Below the pieces are notes generated by a model. That model made no database searches, had not been told where the DNA came from, and saw only the letters and a list, made by a program, of their open reading frames with translations. Position numbers and translations under genes: made by a program. This document shows positions 23,152 to 33,509 of a DNA stretch of 64,000 bases, piece by piece. How positions within the stretch are numbered: position 1 is the first letter of the stretch; each line of letters begins with the position of its first letter. Origin of the DNA: an uncultured Thermoleophilia bacterium (lineage in GTDB: Bacteria > Actinomycetota > Thermoleophilia > UBA2241); assembly GCA_963702475.1 (NCBI GenBank), contig CAVPCT010000003.1:1056001-1120000 (forward strand). Direction: 5' to 3'.

Positions 23152-24496
23152 ATGGACGGTTCGACCGTACAGGACGCGCGTCTCGAAGTGCGCGGCGGAC
23201 GGCGGCTGCACGGCAGCGTCTCGCTGTCGGGCGCCAAGAACTCCGCGCTCAAGCTGCTGGCCGCCTGTCTGCTCACGGACGAACCGTGCGTCGTCCGCCG
23301 CGCCCCGCGCATCACCGACGTCGGCACCATGCTCACCATGCTCCGCGCCCTCGGCGCGGAGGTGAGCGAACACACCGACGGCACGCTGCGCGTGCAGCGC
23401 GCGCGCCTCTCTGGGCAACTGCGCGCCGTACGAGCTGGTACGCACCATGCGCGCCAGCATCATCGTGATGGGCCCGCTGGTGGCGCGTCTGGGCGAGGCC
23501 ACGATCGCCATGCCGGGCGGCTGCAACATCGGGCCGCGGAGGATCGACTTCCACATCCGCGGCCTCGAGAAGCTCGGCGCCTCGGTGCAGATCGACCACG
23601 GGTTCATCCGCGTGCACACCGACGGTCTTCGGGGGGCCGTCGTGCCGCTCGACTATCCGAGCGTGGGCGCCACCGAGAACCTGCTCATGGCTGCGACGGC
23701 CGCGCGTGGCGAGACCGTCATCGAGAACGCCGCCCGCGAGCCTGAGATCGCCGACCTCGCGGCGTTCCTCATCGGCATGGGCGCCGTCATCGAGGGCGCC
23801 GGAACGAGCACGGTGCGCGTCGAGGGCGGCCACCCGCTCCACGGCGTCGACCACGAGGTGGTGGCCGATCGCATCGAGGCGGGCACCTACCTGGTCATGG
23901 GGGCCGCCACAGGCGGCGAGGTCACGGCCCTCGGTCTTGACCCCGTGCACCTCGAGCGCTTCCTGGAGAAGCTCGACGCCATGGGCGTCGCCGTCAGCAC
24001 CGGGGAGCACAGCATCACGGTACGCCGGGAGGGGCCGCTCGCGCCGGTCGACATCTCCACCCTGCCGCACCCCGGGTTCCCCACCGACCTTCAGGCGCAG
24101 ACCATGGTCCTGTTGTCGCTGGCGCAGGGGACGTCCATAGTCACGGAGAACGTGTTCGAGAACCGCTTCGTGGTCGTCGACGAGCTCAACCGTCTGGGGG
24201 CCGGGATCAGCACGAGTGGACATCACGCCGTCGTGGAAGGACCGCGCGCCCTGAGTGGTACGGTCGTCGAGGCCCCCGACCTGCGCGGAGGCGCCGCGCT
24301 CGTGGCCGCGGGGCTCGTGGCGGACGGCGTCACCGAGGTGCGCGCAGTGCACCACATCGAGCGCGGCTACGAAGACCTCATCGGCAAGCTGACCGCGCTG
24401 GGCGCCGACGTGACACTGCTCGGCGGCGAACGAACGGAGGCTCTGCCGGCCTCGTCTCTCAGCACGTACCGGAGTGACGCGGCGCGCAGCGCCTGA
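23152..24496 (+). CDS. murA: UDP-N-acetylglucosamine 1-carboxyvinyltransferase; one extra base near 23413 (probable sequencing error)
   Basis: SGAKNSAL, then APYELVRTMRAS in the shifted frame; PGGCNIG, SVGATEN, PGFPTDLQ, FENRF, DLRGGA. Confidence 0.95.
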
Positions 24497-24519
24497 CGGC
24501 GCACGCCCGCTGGAGGAGC

Positions 24520-26553
24520 ATGGGCACCTACCGTGTCTACAAGGTCGGTGAGGAGGAGGCCGTGCGCGAGGCGCGCGCGGCGGTCGCCAGACCACTGAGG
24601 GGCAGAGGCGGATCGGCCGGACCGCGGTCTTCCGGACTCCGCCCCCTGCTGGTGTGGGCGGCGGTGGCGGCGGCGTGCGCCGCGGCCGCCGCCCTCTTCT
24701 GGTTCTACGGCCGCGAGATGCTCGGCAACTCGCAGGCCGCCTTCGATCTCGCCAAGCTCTCCGGCAAGGTGCCGGGCTGGGCCTTCTACGGGGTGCCGCT
24801 CATCGCGGCCGGCATCGTGGCCCTCGCGGCCGTGTACCTGGCGTTCGGCCGGTACCTGGCGCTCAAGCTGATCGGCGTGGCCGTCGTAGTCGTGGTGCTG
24901 GCTGCGCCGGGGCTCGCCCTGGGTTGGGCCAACGGTACCGTGAGCGTCGTGTCCCACCGTTCCGCCGCCGTGCAGAAGGTCGTGACGGAGACCACCAAAG
25001 AGCTCCGCCCCGCGCTGCCCGGCAGGGCGCAGAACATCCTGCTCATCGGCTCGGACAAGTCCGACGTGATCGGCGACCCGGGGCGTTCGGACACGCAGAT
25101 GCTCATCAGGCTGGACCCGCAGACGAAGAGCATCACCATGCTCTCCCTGCCGCGCGACCTGCGCGTGCTCATCCCCGATCACGGCTACGACAAGATGAAC
25201 ACGGCCTACTCGTACGGCGGGCCGCCGCTGGTGGTGAAGACGTTCAAGGAGATCACGGGCCTGCCGGTGCACCACTTCGTGGAGATCGACTTCGCCGGCT
25301 TCTGGCACGTCACCAACATCCTCGGCGGCGTCTACATCCCCGTGGACCACAAGTACTTCGTCCCGGCCAGCGCCGACTACAAGTCCATCAACCTCGACGC
25401 AGGCTACCAGCTGGTGCGCGGCAAGCAGGCCCTCAACTACGTGCGCTACCGCCACGACCAACGCGGTGACTTCACGCGCATGCAGCGTCAGCAGTTGTTC
25501 CTCAAGGAGCTGCAGCGCCAGTCCGGCCGCTGGAGCGGGGACTGGCAGCAGGTGCTCGAGCTCATCAACGCCATCGCCGCGGAGACGACCTCCGATATCG
25601 ACTCCCTGAAGCGGCTCGAGCCGCTCGTCGAGCTCGTGTTCGAGGTCGACACCGCCAAGATCACCACCGTCCACCTCGAAGGCGAGACGCCGATGATCGA
25701 CGGCGTCTCCTACGTCACCGCCACGCAGGAGCAGATCGACGCGGCCGTGGAGGAGTTCGAGAACCCGGCGCAGGCGCCGGTCAAGGATGCCGCCCCCAAG
25801 ATCAGCAAGAAGCTGTACCCGGTCACCGTGTACAACGGCAGCGGCATCCCCGGCCTCTCCACGACGGCGGCGAACCAGCTCGTGGCACAGGGCTATCGCG
25901 CCGAGGTCGGCCCCGACGATCCCTCGTTCCCGGGCACCACCACCATGGTGTACGCGCCGGAGTCCCTGGAGCGACCCGCCAAGGCCATCGCGGCGATGTT
26001 CTCGCCCTCCGATGTCCAGCTCGTCGAACGGGCCCCCGGTGTGTCCGACGGCATCGAGGTCATGGTCACGTCGTCGTTCGACGGCGTGCTGAACATCCCC
26101 GAGGCCCCGGCAGAACAGCCGCAGCAGACGCTGGAGAAGAACCTGCGCTATGACGCGGCCTCGTGGAAGGCTCTGGCACAGCAGACGCCGCTGCGCCTGG
26201 TGATGCCCACCTCATGGCCGAGCGGCTCCGTGTACGAGGAGTTCCGCAAGTACAGCATCCCCAACTACGACGGCAAGGGCACGCGGGCTGCCGTCGCCGT
26301 TGCGCGCACGCCGCTGGGTGGCTACTGGAGTGTGCAGACCATGCGGTGGACCGACCCGCCGGCCATCGAGGACCCCAGCGACGTGCGGACCGTCAAGGGC
26401 CAGAAGTACCTGCTGTTCTACCAGGGAGACGACCTGCACATGGTCGCCTGGGAGCGCCACGACACCCTGTACTGGATCCTCAACACGCTCGACAACCAGC
26501 TCTCCAGCGACGTCATGCTCGGCCTGGCGACGTCGTGCAAGCCCGTGAAGTGA
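24520..26553 (+). CDS. LCP (LytR-CpsA-Psr) glycopolymer transferase with LytR_C and an additional C-terminal domain
   Basis: Three N-terminal TM helices; NILLIGSD, RSDT, SLPRDL, RYRH..DFTRMQRQQ; VTVYNGSGIPGL (LytR_C). Confidence 0.93.
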   Translation: MGTYRVYKVGEEEAVREARAAVARPLRGRGGSAGPRSSGLRPLLVWAAVAAACAAAAALFWFYGREMLGNSQAAFDLAKLSGKVPGWAFYGVPLIAAGIVALAAVYLAFGRYLALKLIGVAVVVVVLAAPGLALGWANGTVSVVSHRSAAVQKVVTETTKELRPALPGRAQNILLIGSDKSDVIGDPGRSDTQMLIRLDPQTKSITMLSLPRDLRVLIPDHGYDKMNTAYSYGGPPLVVKTFKEITGLPVHHFVEIDFAGFWHVTNILGGVYIPVDHKYFVPASADYKSINLDAGYQLVRGKQALNYVRYRHDQRGDFTRMQRQQLFLKELQRQSGRWSGDWQQVLELINAIAAETTSDIDSLKRLEPLVELVFEVDTAKITTVHLEGETPMIDGVSYVTATQEQIDAAVEEFENPAQAPVKDAAPKISKKLYPVTVYNGSGIPGLSTTAANQLVAQGYRAEVGPDDPSFPGTTTMVYAPESLERPAKAIAAMFSPSDVQLVERAPGVSDGIEVMVTSSFDGVLNIPEAPAEQPQQTLEKNLRYDAASWKALAQQTPLRLVMPTSWPSGSVYEEFRKYSIPNYDGKGTRAAVAVARTPLGGYWSVQTMRWTDPPAIEDPSDVRTVKGQKYLLFYQGDDLHMVAWERHDTLYWILNTLDNQLSSDVMLGLATSCKPVK

Positions 26554-28232
26554 AGCTTCTGCGAGCCGTGCTGGCGCGCCTCGACCCATGGGCCGCCATC
26601 GTGCTCGGCGTCCTCGTCGCCCTCGGCGTCGTCATCCTGCTTGCCACACCCGGACCGTGGCACAAGGTCGTCGGGCCGCCGCCGGCGGTGGACCTGGCGC
26701 CGCCGCCCCCGACCGATCTGGCCGTGTTCGCGCTCACCGGCCCTCGGCGGGCGTGTGAGGCGGTCGTGTGGGTCCACGTGGACCACGAGGTCCCCTCGCT
26801 GACGGCCGTGGTCTGCGCGCCTCCCACTCAGGGCTTCCTGGCCGGCGCCGGCTTCATGCCGCTTACGAAGATGGTGGATGCGGCCGGACCGGCAGCCGCC
26901 ACGACCGCGCTCGGACAGGAGCTGGGCGTCCACATGGACGCCTGGCTGACGCTGGACGACGAGGCCGTGCGCATCGCGTTCTCGGCGGCCGAGCCTGCCG
27001 GGTCCGGGAGCGCCAGGGTGGTGCAGTATCGCGGCTGGGAGGGCGCCTGGAACGGCTCCGTGGGTCCCGTGCGCGCCTGGCGGCTGCAGACGACCGCGCT
27101 GGCACAGAGCTTGCTGCGCGTGCCCTGGGGACGCACCAGCATCATCGGCTTCGCCAACTACGTGCTCGGCTTCGGTCACGTTCGCACGGACATGGATCTC
27201 CAGCAGGCCACGTCGCTCGCCACCACGCTGAAGGCGCTACCGCCGTCGCAGGCGGGCGCGTGTGCGGTGCCGGCGCTCGTCGAGACGTGCCGCGCCGGCC
27301 GGGCGTGGCGGGTGGACCCTGGGGCGGCCGCGGTCCTGCGCCGGGAGCTGGCCGCAGGCCGCCTCCCGGAGCCCGCGCGGCCGGTAATCACGCTCGCTGC
27401 GGTCCCGGCCAGGGTGCTGGTCGTGCTGCCCGGCCGGCGGCCGGCTGCGCGCGCCTACGTCGACGAGGTCCGGCGCCAGCTTGCGGTGTCCGCCGGCGCC
27501 CCCGTCGCCGTGAAGGCGATCACCGTGACCGCGTGGCCGCGCCTGGCGGCGCGTACCGTGGCCGCGGCGCGGGCGTGGCGTCCGCTGGCGGTGCTGGTCG
27601 GCCCGCCCGTGGCCTCGTCCTCCGCCGAGGCGGCCGAGGCCCTGGCCTCGTTGCGCGTGCTCGGCATCGCGCTGCGCATCAACTGGCTGCCGGCTGTGGT
27701 GAGCCGGCCGTTTCCCACCGAGACCACCGGAACGGTCGTGCCCGGCGCTGCCGACCTGCACGCGGCCGTCGTCACGTCGCGCCAGCCAGTGTCGCCGCTC
27801 GCCGCGCCGTCCGGCGAGACGGCCGCCGCCGCGCAGTCCAGCGAAATGACCGCCGCGGCAGAGGCGCGCCGCGCCGCGCGGGCGAACGTGGCCACGCTGG
27901 TGCGCGCCTGCCGGTCGGGCACACTGGCGCCGCACCTCGCGTCGACGCGGCTCGGCTTCTCCTTCGCCGCCCGCAGGCGCACCCATGTGGCGGTGCTCGC
28001 GCCGGCCCCTGACCTCGCGGCGAGCTACGCGGCCAGACTGCGGACATGGGGCTTCCAGGCCCGCGCGGAGACGGATGAGTTGTGGACGCCCCCGCTCCTG
28101 CGTGAGGCTGTGTTCTACCACGACGGCGAGCGGCGTGCCGCCGTGTCGCTCGCCGGGGACCTCGGGCTGCCTGTGTCCGCGGTCGCCGCCGAGCCCGGCG
28201 GCCCGGCGCAGCTGACGTTGTCGGTCAAGTGA
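26550..28232 (+). CDS. Membrane-anchored degenerate LCP-like protein
   Basis: GTGA overlap; N-terminal TM helix; LCP-like spacing (GPAAATTALGQELGVHMDAWL, VRTDMD) without the catalytic Arg motifs; LytR_C-like C-terminus. Confidence 0.6.
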   Translation: MKLLRAVLARLDPWAAIVLGVLVALGVVILLATPGPWHKVVGPPPAVDLAPPPPTDLAVFALTGPRRACEAVVWVHVDHEVPSLTAVVCAPPTQGFLAGAGFMPLTKMVDAAGPAAATTALGQELGVHMDAWLTLDDEAVRIAFSAAEPAGSGSARVVQYRGWEGAWNGSVGPVRAWRLQTTALAQSLLRVPWGRTSIIGFANYVLGFGHVRTDMDLQQATSLATTLKALPPSQAGACAVPALVETCRAGRAWRVDPGAAAVLRRELAAGRLPEPARPVITLAAVPARVLVVLPGRRPAARAYVDEVRRQLAVSAGAPVAVKAITVTAWPRLAARTVAAARAWRPLAVLVGPPVASSSAEAAEALASLRVLGIALRINWLPAVVSRPFPTETTGTVVPGAADLHAAVVTSRQPVSPLAAPSGETAAAAQSSEMTAAAEARRAARANVATLVRACRSGTLAPHLASTRLGFSFAARRRTHVAVLAPAPDLAASYAARLRTWGFQARAETDELWTPPLLREAVFYHDGERRAAVSLAGDLGLPVSAVAAEPGGPAQLTLSVK

Positions 28233-28233
28233 A

Positions 28234-28269
28234 CGACGAAGCGCCCTCCGGAGGGAGGGCGCTTCGTCG
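28234..28269. terminator. Probable bidirectional terminator hairpin
   Basis: Perfect 16-bp stem CGACGAAGCGCCCTCC / GGAGGGCGCTTCGTCG with a 4-nt loop between convergent genes. Confidence 0.8.
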
Positions 28270-28291
28270 CAGACGGGTCTGCCGCGGGTGT

Positions 28292-28666
28292 CTAGGCCGA
28301 GACGCGGCGGCGAAGATAGGCTCCGCCCCCGATCAGTCCCAGCCCGGCGCCGAGGATGAGGATGACCTCACCGCCGGTGAACGCGAGCTCGCCGCTCTGC
28401 TCGCCGGGAGCCTGCAGGCTGGCGAGGTAGTCCTCGAGGGTGCCTTTGACCCCTCCGTACTCGTCCTCCGTGGGGTTGTTCTCCACGTACGCCAGAGCCG
28501 CGCGGATCTGCTCGGCAGTCCAGTCCTCGCCGTCGATGGTGCCGTCCCTGGCGTCGTCGATGATGGCGTCGATCGTGTCCTGAGAGACCGCGGCCGACGC
28601 GGCGACGGCGAACACCAGAAGGAGGACAAGCGCGAGCGCCAGAACGGCAACGAACTTGGCCTTCAT
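28292..28666 (-). CDS. Small secreted cell-wall protein with LAXTG-type sorting signal
   Basis: Signal peptide MKAKFVAVLAL..AASA; acidic core; LAFTG + hydrophobic helix + RRR tail; G-rich SD. Confidence 0.85.
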   Translation of the reverse strand: MKAKFVAVLALALVLLLVFAVAASAAVSQDTIDAIIDDARDGTIDGEDWTAEQIRAALAYVENNPTEDEYGGVKGTLEDYLASLQAPGEQSGELAFTGGEVILILGAGLGLIGGGAYLRRRVSA

Positions 28667-28724
28667 GTTTTCACCCCCCCTCGAGCCACGTGGTCCGGTC
28701 GTGATGACCGGGCACTTACCACTG

Positions 28725-28823
28725 CTTATACCATTCGACTACGACCAAGACCATATGTCGGCACCGACTTCGTGCCTCTGAAGCCCGGCGGGTAGGGTCG
28801 CCGTCGATGCTTACCGCTATAAT
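28725..28823. promoter_or_regulatory. Divergent promoters
   Basis: Minus strand TGGTATAAG (28733-28725); plus strand TATAAT at 28818-28823, 7 nt before ATG 28831 (likely leaderless). Confidence 0.55.
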
Positions 28824-28830
28824 CCCAGCG

Positions 28831-30930
28831 ATGGAGCCCGGCGTAAACACACTCCGTTGGCGCGCGGGCCGCATCCGTGACGTCTTCCCCTTCGCGCTCA
28901 CCCTCGTGTGCGCCGGCGCTCTGTGCTTTCTCTCCGGCGGTTTCATCTTCACGAGGAGCGCTCCCGTCGCCATCGTCTACCTGCTCGCCGCCGCGCTGTG
29001 GGTCTGGTTCCTGCGCCGTCGCACCGCTCCTTCGCCGCTCTTCCTCGTCACCCTTGCGGCATTCGGTCTGTTCGTGGCGTGGACGGGCCTCTCCGTCCTC
29101 TGGTCGCTGGGGCCGGACAGGAGCTGGATGGCGTTCGACGTGGCGGCTCTGTATCTGTGCGTCCTGGGCGTCGTGGGGCTCACACCCGCGGGGCCGCTCC
29201 AGCTCCGTGTCGCCGGGTTCGGTTTTCTCGTCGTCTGCGTCGCCGTCGGCGTCTACGCGCTGCTCGGAAAGGTGACCCCCGATGTGGTGACGCACGCGCA
29301 CCTGTACGCGAGGCTGACCAGCCCTGTCGGGTACTGGAACGTGCTTGCGTTGCTGATGGTGATGGGCTTCGTCGTCGCGCTCTCTCTGGCGGGGGACCCT
29401 CGGGCGCATCCGTCTTGGAGGGTGATCGCCGCTGTGGCCGGCGTTCCGCTCCTCCTGACGTTCTTCTACAGCTTGTCGCGTGGCGGCTGGGTCGCGCTCG
29501 CAGTCGCTCTGGCGTTCTACTTCGCGCTCTCCACGAGCAGGTTGTCCAGCTTCGTCAGCCTCGCGGTCATGGTCGCACCCGGCGCCGCAGTCGCCTGGGG
29601 GCTTCGCGGCCTGTCGACCCTGGTCACCGCCACCACTGACGATGCTTTGCGCACCGCTGAAGGGCACACGCTGCTGCGCTGGACGCTGGTCGCGCTCGCG
29701 GTGACGGGCGCTCTGCAGGCGCTCGTCGTGCTGGCGCAGCGCCTGGTGCCGTGGCCGCCCCGGGCGCGTCTCGTCGCCGGCGTCGCCGTGGTCTTCGTGC
29801 TGGTGGGCGTCGCCTCCGTCGGCTCTTGGCGGTTCCTCGAGCCGCGCGGTGCCACGAGGTGGATCGAAGACCGCCTACACACGTTCATCGCCGGCGACGA
29901 CGAGACGTATGCACACGAGGGCACGTCGCGTCTCATCTCCCTGAACACCGGCCGTCCGCCGTTGTGGCGGGAAGCGCTGCAGCAGTCCCGCTCTGCCCGT
30001 GCCGCGGGCACCGGCGCGGACACGTTCGTGTTCACGCACGAGCGCTTTCGTGAGAACGGAGCCGTGGTCAAGGATGCGCACAGCCAGTGGTTCAACGTCC
30101 TCAGTGAGCTCGGTGTCGTCGGCCTCGTCCTTTTCGTGGCAGCCATGGCGCTGGTCGTGGCATCGGCAGTGCGCAATCCATTCAGGGACAGAGGCGACCC
30201 CCTTCGGCCGCTCGTCGTGGCCCTGCAGGCCGGGGTGGTCGCCTTCATCGTCCACATCTCTTGGGACTGGGACTGGGACATGGCGGCCGTGACCGTCGTC
30301 TTCCTGCTGTTCGCCGCCACGTGTTCGACGTATCTGGCCACGCGCCGGGACACGGTGGAGTCGGCGGTCCGCGGAGCTGCCGCGAGCCTTGGGGCCGGCG
30401 CCGGCGGCGTAGTCGTGCCGTCGGGCTCGGCGCGCACCCCGATCGACGAGTCGCAGCCCCTTCGCAGCTGCCCGGGCCCGGACGAGCCGCATCGCAGGTC
30501 CGCCATGACTTTGGCGCTCCGTGTCGGCGCCAGCACTGCGCTCGTGGTGCTGGTAGCGAGCTGGCTGTTCCCGTACCTCTCGCTGCGCGCGGAACAGGCC
30601 GCCGCGACTGCGTCGAGCAGGGGCGATCCAGCCGCGGCTCTCGGCCAGGTGCAGCGCGCCGAGCGCTTGAATCCTCTGGCTGCGGATCCGCTCGTCACGC
30701 AGGCGTTGCTGCTGCAGCACCTCGGACGCAACGGCGAGGCGCTCGAGACGCTGCGGCGGGCAGAGCGACTTCAGCCGGACTACGCCAAGCCGTACTTCTA
30801 CGAGGGTGTGCTGCTCCTCACGGCGTTCGACGACCGCGAGGGAGCGATCGCCGCCCTCACGCACGCCCTCGCTCTCAATCCTTTCGATCGCCTGGCGCGC
30901 TACGAGCTCGAGCAGGCCTTCCGTCGCTGA
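28831..30930 (+). CDS. O-antigen ligase-like (Wzy_C) membrane protein with C-terminal TPR repeats
   Basis: Many TM helices; RLTSPVGYWN, SLSRGGW, GRPPLWREAL, GTGADTF, DAHSQWFNVLSELGVVG; TPR-like AERLNP / AERLQP / ALALNP. Confidence 0.88.
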   Translation: MEPGVNTLRWRAGRIRDVFPFALTLVCAGALCFLSGGFIFTRSAPVAIVYLLAAALWVWFLRRRTAPSPLFLVTLAAFGLFVAWTGLSVLWSLGPDRSWMAFDVAALYLCVLGVVGLTPAGPLQLRVAGFGFLVVCVAVGVYALLGKVTPDVVTHAHLYARLTSPVGYWNVLALLMVMGFVVALSLAGDPRAHPSWRVIAAVAGVPLLLTFFYSLSRGGWVALAVALAFYFALSTSRLSSFVSLAVMVAPGAAVAWGLRGLSTLVTATTDDALRTAEGHTLLRWTLVALAVTGALQALVVLAQRLVPWPPRARLVAGVAVVFVLVGVASVGSWRFLEPRGATRWIEDRLHTFIAGDDETYAHEGTSRLISLNTGRPPLWREALQQSRSARAAGTGADTFVFTHERFRENGAVVKDAHSQWFNVLSELGVVGLVLFVAAMALVVASAVRNPFRDRGDPLRPLVVALQAGVVAFIVHISWDWDWDMAAVTVVFLLFAATCSTYLATRRDTVESAVRGAAASLGAGAGGVVVPSGSARTPIDESQPLRSCPGPDEPHRRSAMTLALRVGASTALVVLVASWLFPYLSLRAEQAAATASSRGDPAAALGQVQRAERLNPLAADPLVTQALLLQHLGRNGEALETLRRAERLQPDYAKPYFYEGVLLLTAFDDREGAIAALTHALALNPFDRLARYELEQAFRR

Positions 30931-30971
30931 CCCCCCGGCCGGCGGGCGCGCCGGGGCCGCGCCGACCCCTG

Positions 30972-30980
30972 TGGTAGACT
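30972..30980 (+). promoter_or_regulatory. Putative extended -10 promoter for ugd operon
   Basis: TGGTAGACT about 40 nt upstream of the start; SD GGAGGTG follows. Confidence 0.5.
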
Positions 30981-31022
30981 TCCGCGCGTAGTTCCTCACG
31001 CCACCCGGAGGTGCTCCCCGCC

Positions 31023-32339
31023 ATGCAGCCAGCCGCTCCCATCGGCGTCGTCGGCACGGGCTACGTCGGCCTCGTCTCGGCCGTGTGCTTCGCCCATCTG
31101 GGCCACCGCGTGGTGTGCATGGATGTCGACGAGAGCAAGATCGCTCGGCTGCGCCGGGGGGAGGCGCCCATCTACGAGCCGGGGCTCGACAAGCTCATCG
31201 ACGACAACGCCTCCCGCCTGTCGTTCACCACGTCATACGACGAACTGCTGGATGCCTCCACCGTGCTGTTCATCGCCGTGGACACGCCGCCGTCGCCATC
31301 CGGCGACGCCGACCTGTCGCGCGTGCAGTTCGCGACCTCCGAGATAGCGCGTCGGGGCGGACCGCGGCTCCTCGTCATGAAGAGCACCGTGCCGGTGGGC
31401 ACCGGCGAGAAGGTCATGGCCGATCTCGAGGCCATGGGTGCTATGGACATCACCTACACCTCGAACCCCGAGTTCCTGCGCGAGGGCGCCGCCATCCAGG
31501 ACTTCCTCGAGCCCGACCGCATCGTGATCGGCGCGTCGTCGCAGGCCGACGGCGACGTGGTCGAGGCGCTGTACCGGGGCATCGACACCGACGTGGTGCG
31601 CACCAGCGTGGCCACGGCCGAGATGATCAAGTACGCCTCGAACGCCTTCCTGGCCACCAAGATCTCGTTCATCAACGAGATCGCCAACGTGTGCGAGCAG
31701 GTGGGCGCCGATGTGCGCACCGTGGCCAGGGGCATGGGCCTGGACCACCGTATCGGACCGCACTTCCTGCAGGCCGGCATAGGCTACGGCGGCTCGTGCT
31801 TCCCCAAGGACGTGCAGGCGCTCAAGCAGCTGGCGGGCAACACGGGCTACCACTTCCAGCTGCTGAACGCCGTCATCGAGGTCAACGCCCTGCAGAAGCG
31901 GCGCGTGGTCGGCAAGCTCAAGCAGCACCTCGGCGGCTTGCGCGGCAAGACGGTGGCCCTGCTCGGGCTCACGTTCAAGCCTCAGACCGATGACCTGCGC
32001 GAGGCGGCCTCCATCGTCCTGGCCGGCCGCCTCATCCACGAGGGCGCGGTCGTGCGCGCCTACGACCCGATGATCGCGGCCGGCGAGCACCCGCTGTTCC
32101 CCGGTGTGACGATCGCCGGCGAGCCGCTCGACGCGCTCGAGGGGGCCGACGCCGCCGTGCTGGTCACGGAGTGGCCGGAGTTCGCGCGCCTCGACTGGGC
32201 CGCCGCGGCGGCCGTCATGGCGCGTCCCCTGCTCGTCGACGGCCGCAACCTCATCGACCCGGCCGCGGCCGCGGCGGCCGGCCTCGAGTACGACGGCATC
32301 GGCCTCGGCGACACGGCGCCCGTCACCGCCGGCGTCTGA
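31023..32339 (+). CDS. ugd: UDP-glucose/GDP-mannose 6-dehydrogenase
   Basis: GTGYVG, KSTVPVG, SNPEFLREG, KYASNAF, GYGGSCFPKD. Confidence 0.94.
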   Translation: MQPAAPIGVVGTGYVGLVSAVCFAHLGHRVVCMDVDESKIARLRRGEAPIYEPGLDKLIDDNASRLSFTTSYDELLDASTVLFIAVDTPPSPSGDADLSRVQFATSEIARRGGPRLLVMKSTVPVGTGEKVMADLEAMGAMDITYTSNPEFLREGAAIQDFLEPDRIVIGASSQADGDVVEALYRGIDTDVVRTSVATAEMIKYASNAFLATKISFINEIANVCEQVGADVRTVARGMGLDHRIGPHFLQAGIGYGGSCFPKDVQALKQLAGNTGYHFQLLNAVIEVNALQKRRVVGKLKQHLGGLRGKTVALLGLTFKPQTDDLREAASIVLAGRLIHEGAVVRAYDPMIAAGEHPLFPGVTIAGEPLDALEGADAAVLVTEWPEFARLDWAAAAAVMARPLLVDGRNLIDPAAAAAAGLEYDGIGLGDTAPVTAGV

Positions 32340-32348
32340 GGCTGCGCC

Positions 32349-33509
32349 GTGAGCGCCGCCGCCTCCACCCCCAGGCAGGCCGTCATCCTCGTCGGCGGCG
32401 AGGGCACGCGGCTGCGGCCGGTGACGTCGAAGGTGCCCAAACCGGTGGCGCCCGTCGTGGAGCGCCCCTTCGTGGCCTACATCCTCGACACGCTCGTGCG
32501 CCACGGCGTCGAGCTGGCCGTGTTCTCCACCGGCTTTCTGGCCGAGGCCATCGAGGCCGAGATAGGCGACGGCGCGGCCTACGGCCTGCGCGTGGAGTAC
32601 GCCGTCGAGAAGGAGCCCCTCGGCACGGCCGGCGCCATCGCCAACTGCGCCGGCCACCTTCACGACGACGCCTTCTTCGTCTTCAACGGCGACGTGCTCA
32701 GCGACGTCGACCTCACGGAGCTCGCCGCGTTCCACGCCGAGCGGGGCGGCATGGCGACGGTCTTTCTCACGCCGGTCGACGACCCGCGCCGCTATGGGCT
32801 TGTCGAGCTGCGTCCCGACGGCGCCGTCGCCAACTTCCTCGAGAAGCCGGGCGAGTGGGAGGGCACGGCCCTCATCAACGCCGGCGTCTACGTACTCCAA
32901 CCTGAGGTCCTCGAGCTCATCCCGCGCGGGCGCCTGTTCAGTATCGAGCGCGGCGTGTTCCCCAAGCTGGCGCAGGCGGGGTCGCTCTACGGCCACCCCG
33001 GGCGCGGGTACTGGCGCGACATCGGCACGCCGGAGAGCTACCTGCAGGCGCACTTCGACATCCTTGAGGGTACCGTGCAGACGGCGATCTCCGAGCTGCT
33101 CGGAGAGCACTACTCCTACGTGGCGCCGACCGCCGAGATCGGGCCCGGCGCCCGCCTGGTCCCGCCGGTGTACGTGGGGGAGTCGGCGCGTGTGGGTGGG
33201 GACGCGCGGGTCGGGCCTCTCGCCGTGATCGGCGCCGGCGCAGCGGTGGAGGAGGGCGCCACCGTCATCGAATCGGCCATCCAGAGCGGCGTGACTCTCG
33301 CCGCGCACGCCCAGGTGGAGCTCAGCATCGTCGTGCGGGGCACCGTCATCGGCGCCGGTACTCACCTGGAGGGAGCCGTGGTGGGCGAGGGCTGCGACGT
33401 CGGCGCGGGAAACCGCCTGGCGGGCGGGATCTGCCTCTACCCGGGTACTGTCCTCCCCGACCACTCCATCCAGTTCAGCGACGCGTTCCGCATCAGGGAG
33501 GCCCGATGA
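32349..33509 (+). CDS. NDP-sugar synthase (mannose-1-phosphate guanylyltransferase-like)
   Basis: LVGGEGTRLRPVT..PKP, EPLGTAG, FNGD, FLEKP, C-terminal hexapeptide beta-helix. Confidence 0.9.
   Translation: MSAAASTPRQAVILVGGEGTRLRPVTSKVPKPVAPVVERPFVAYILDTLVRHGVELAVFSTGFLAEAIEAEIGDGAAYGLRVEYAVEKEPLGTAGAIANCAGHLHDDAFFVFNGDVLSDVDLTELAAFHAERGGMATVFLTPVDDPRRYGLVELRPDGAVANFLEKPGEWEGTALINAGVYVLQPEVLELIPRGRLFSIERGVFPKLAQAGSLYGHPGRGYWRDIGTPESYLQAHFDILEGTVQTAISELLGEHYSYVAPTAEIGPGARLVPPVYVGESARVGGDARVGPLAVIGAGAAVEEGATVIESAIQSGVTLAAHAQVELSIVVRGTVIGAGTHLEGAVVGEGCDVGAGNRLAGGICLYPGTVLPDHSIQFSDAFRIREAR

Noticed and set aside
23510-23530. Intrinsic fosfomycin-resistant MurA (Cys-to-Asp)
   Set aside because: The active-site Cys is retained (PGGCNIG).
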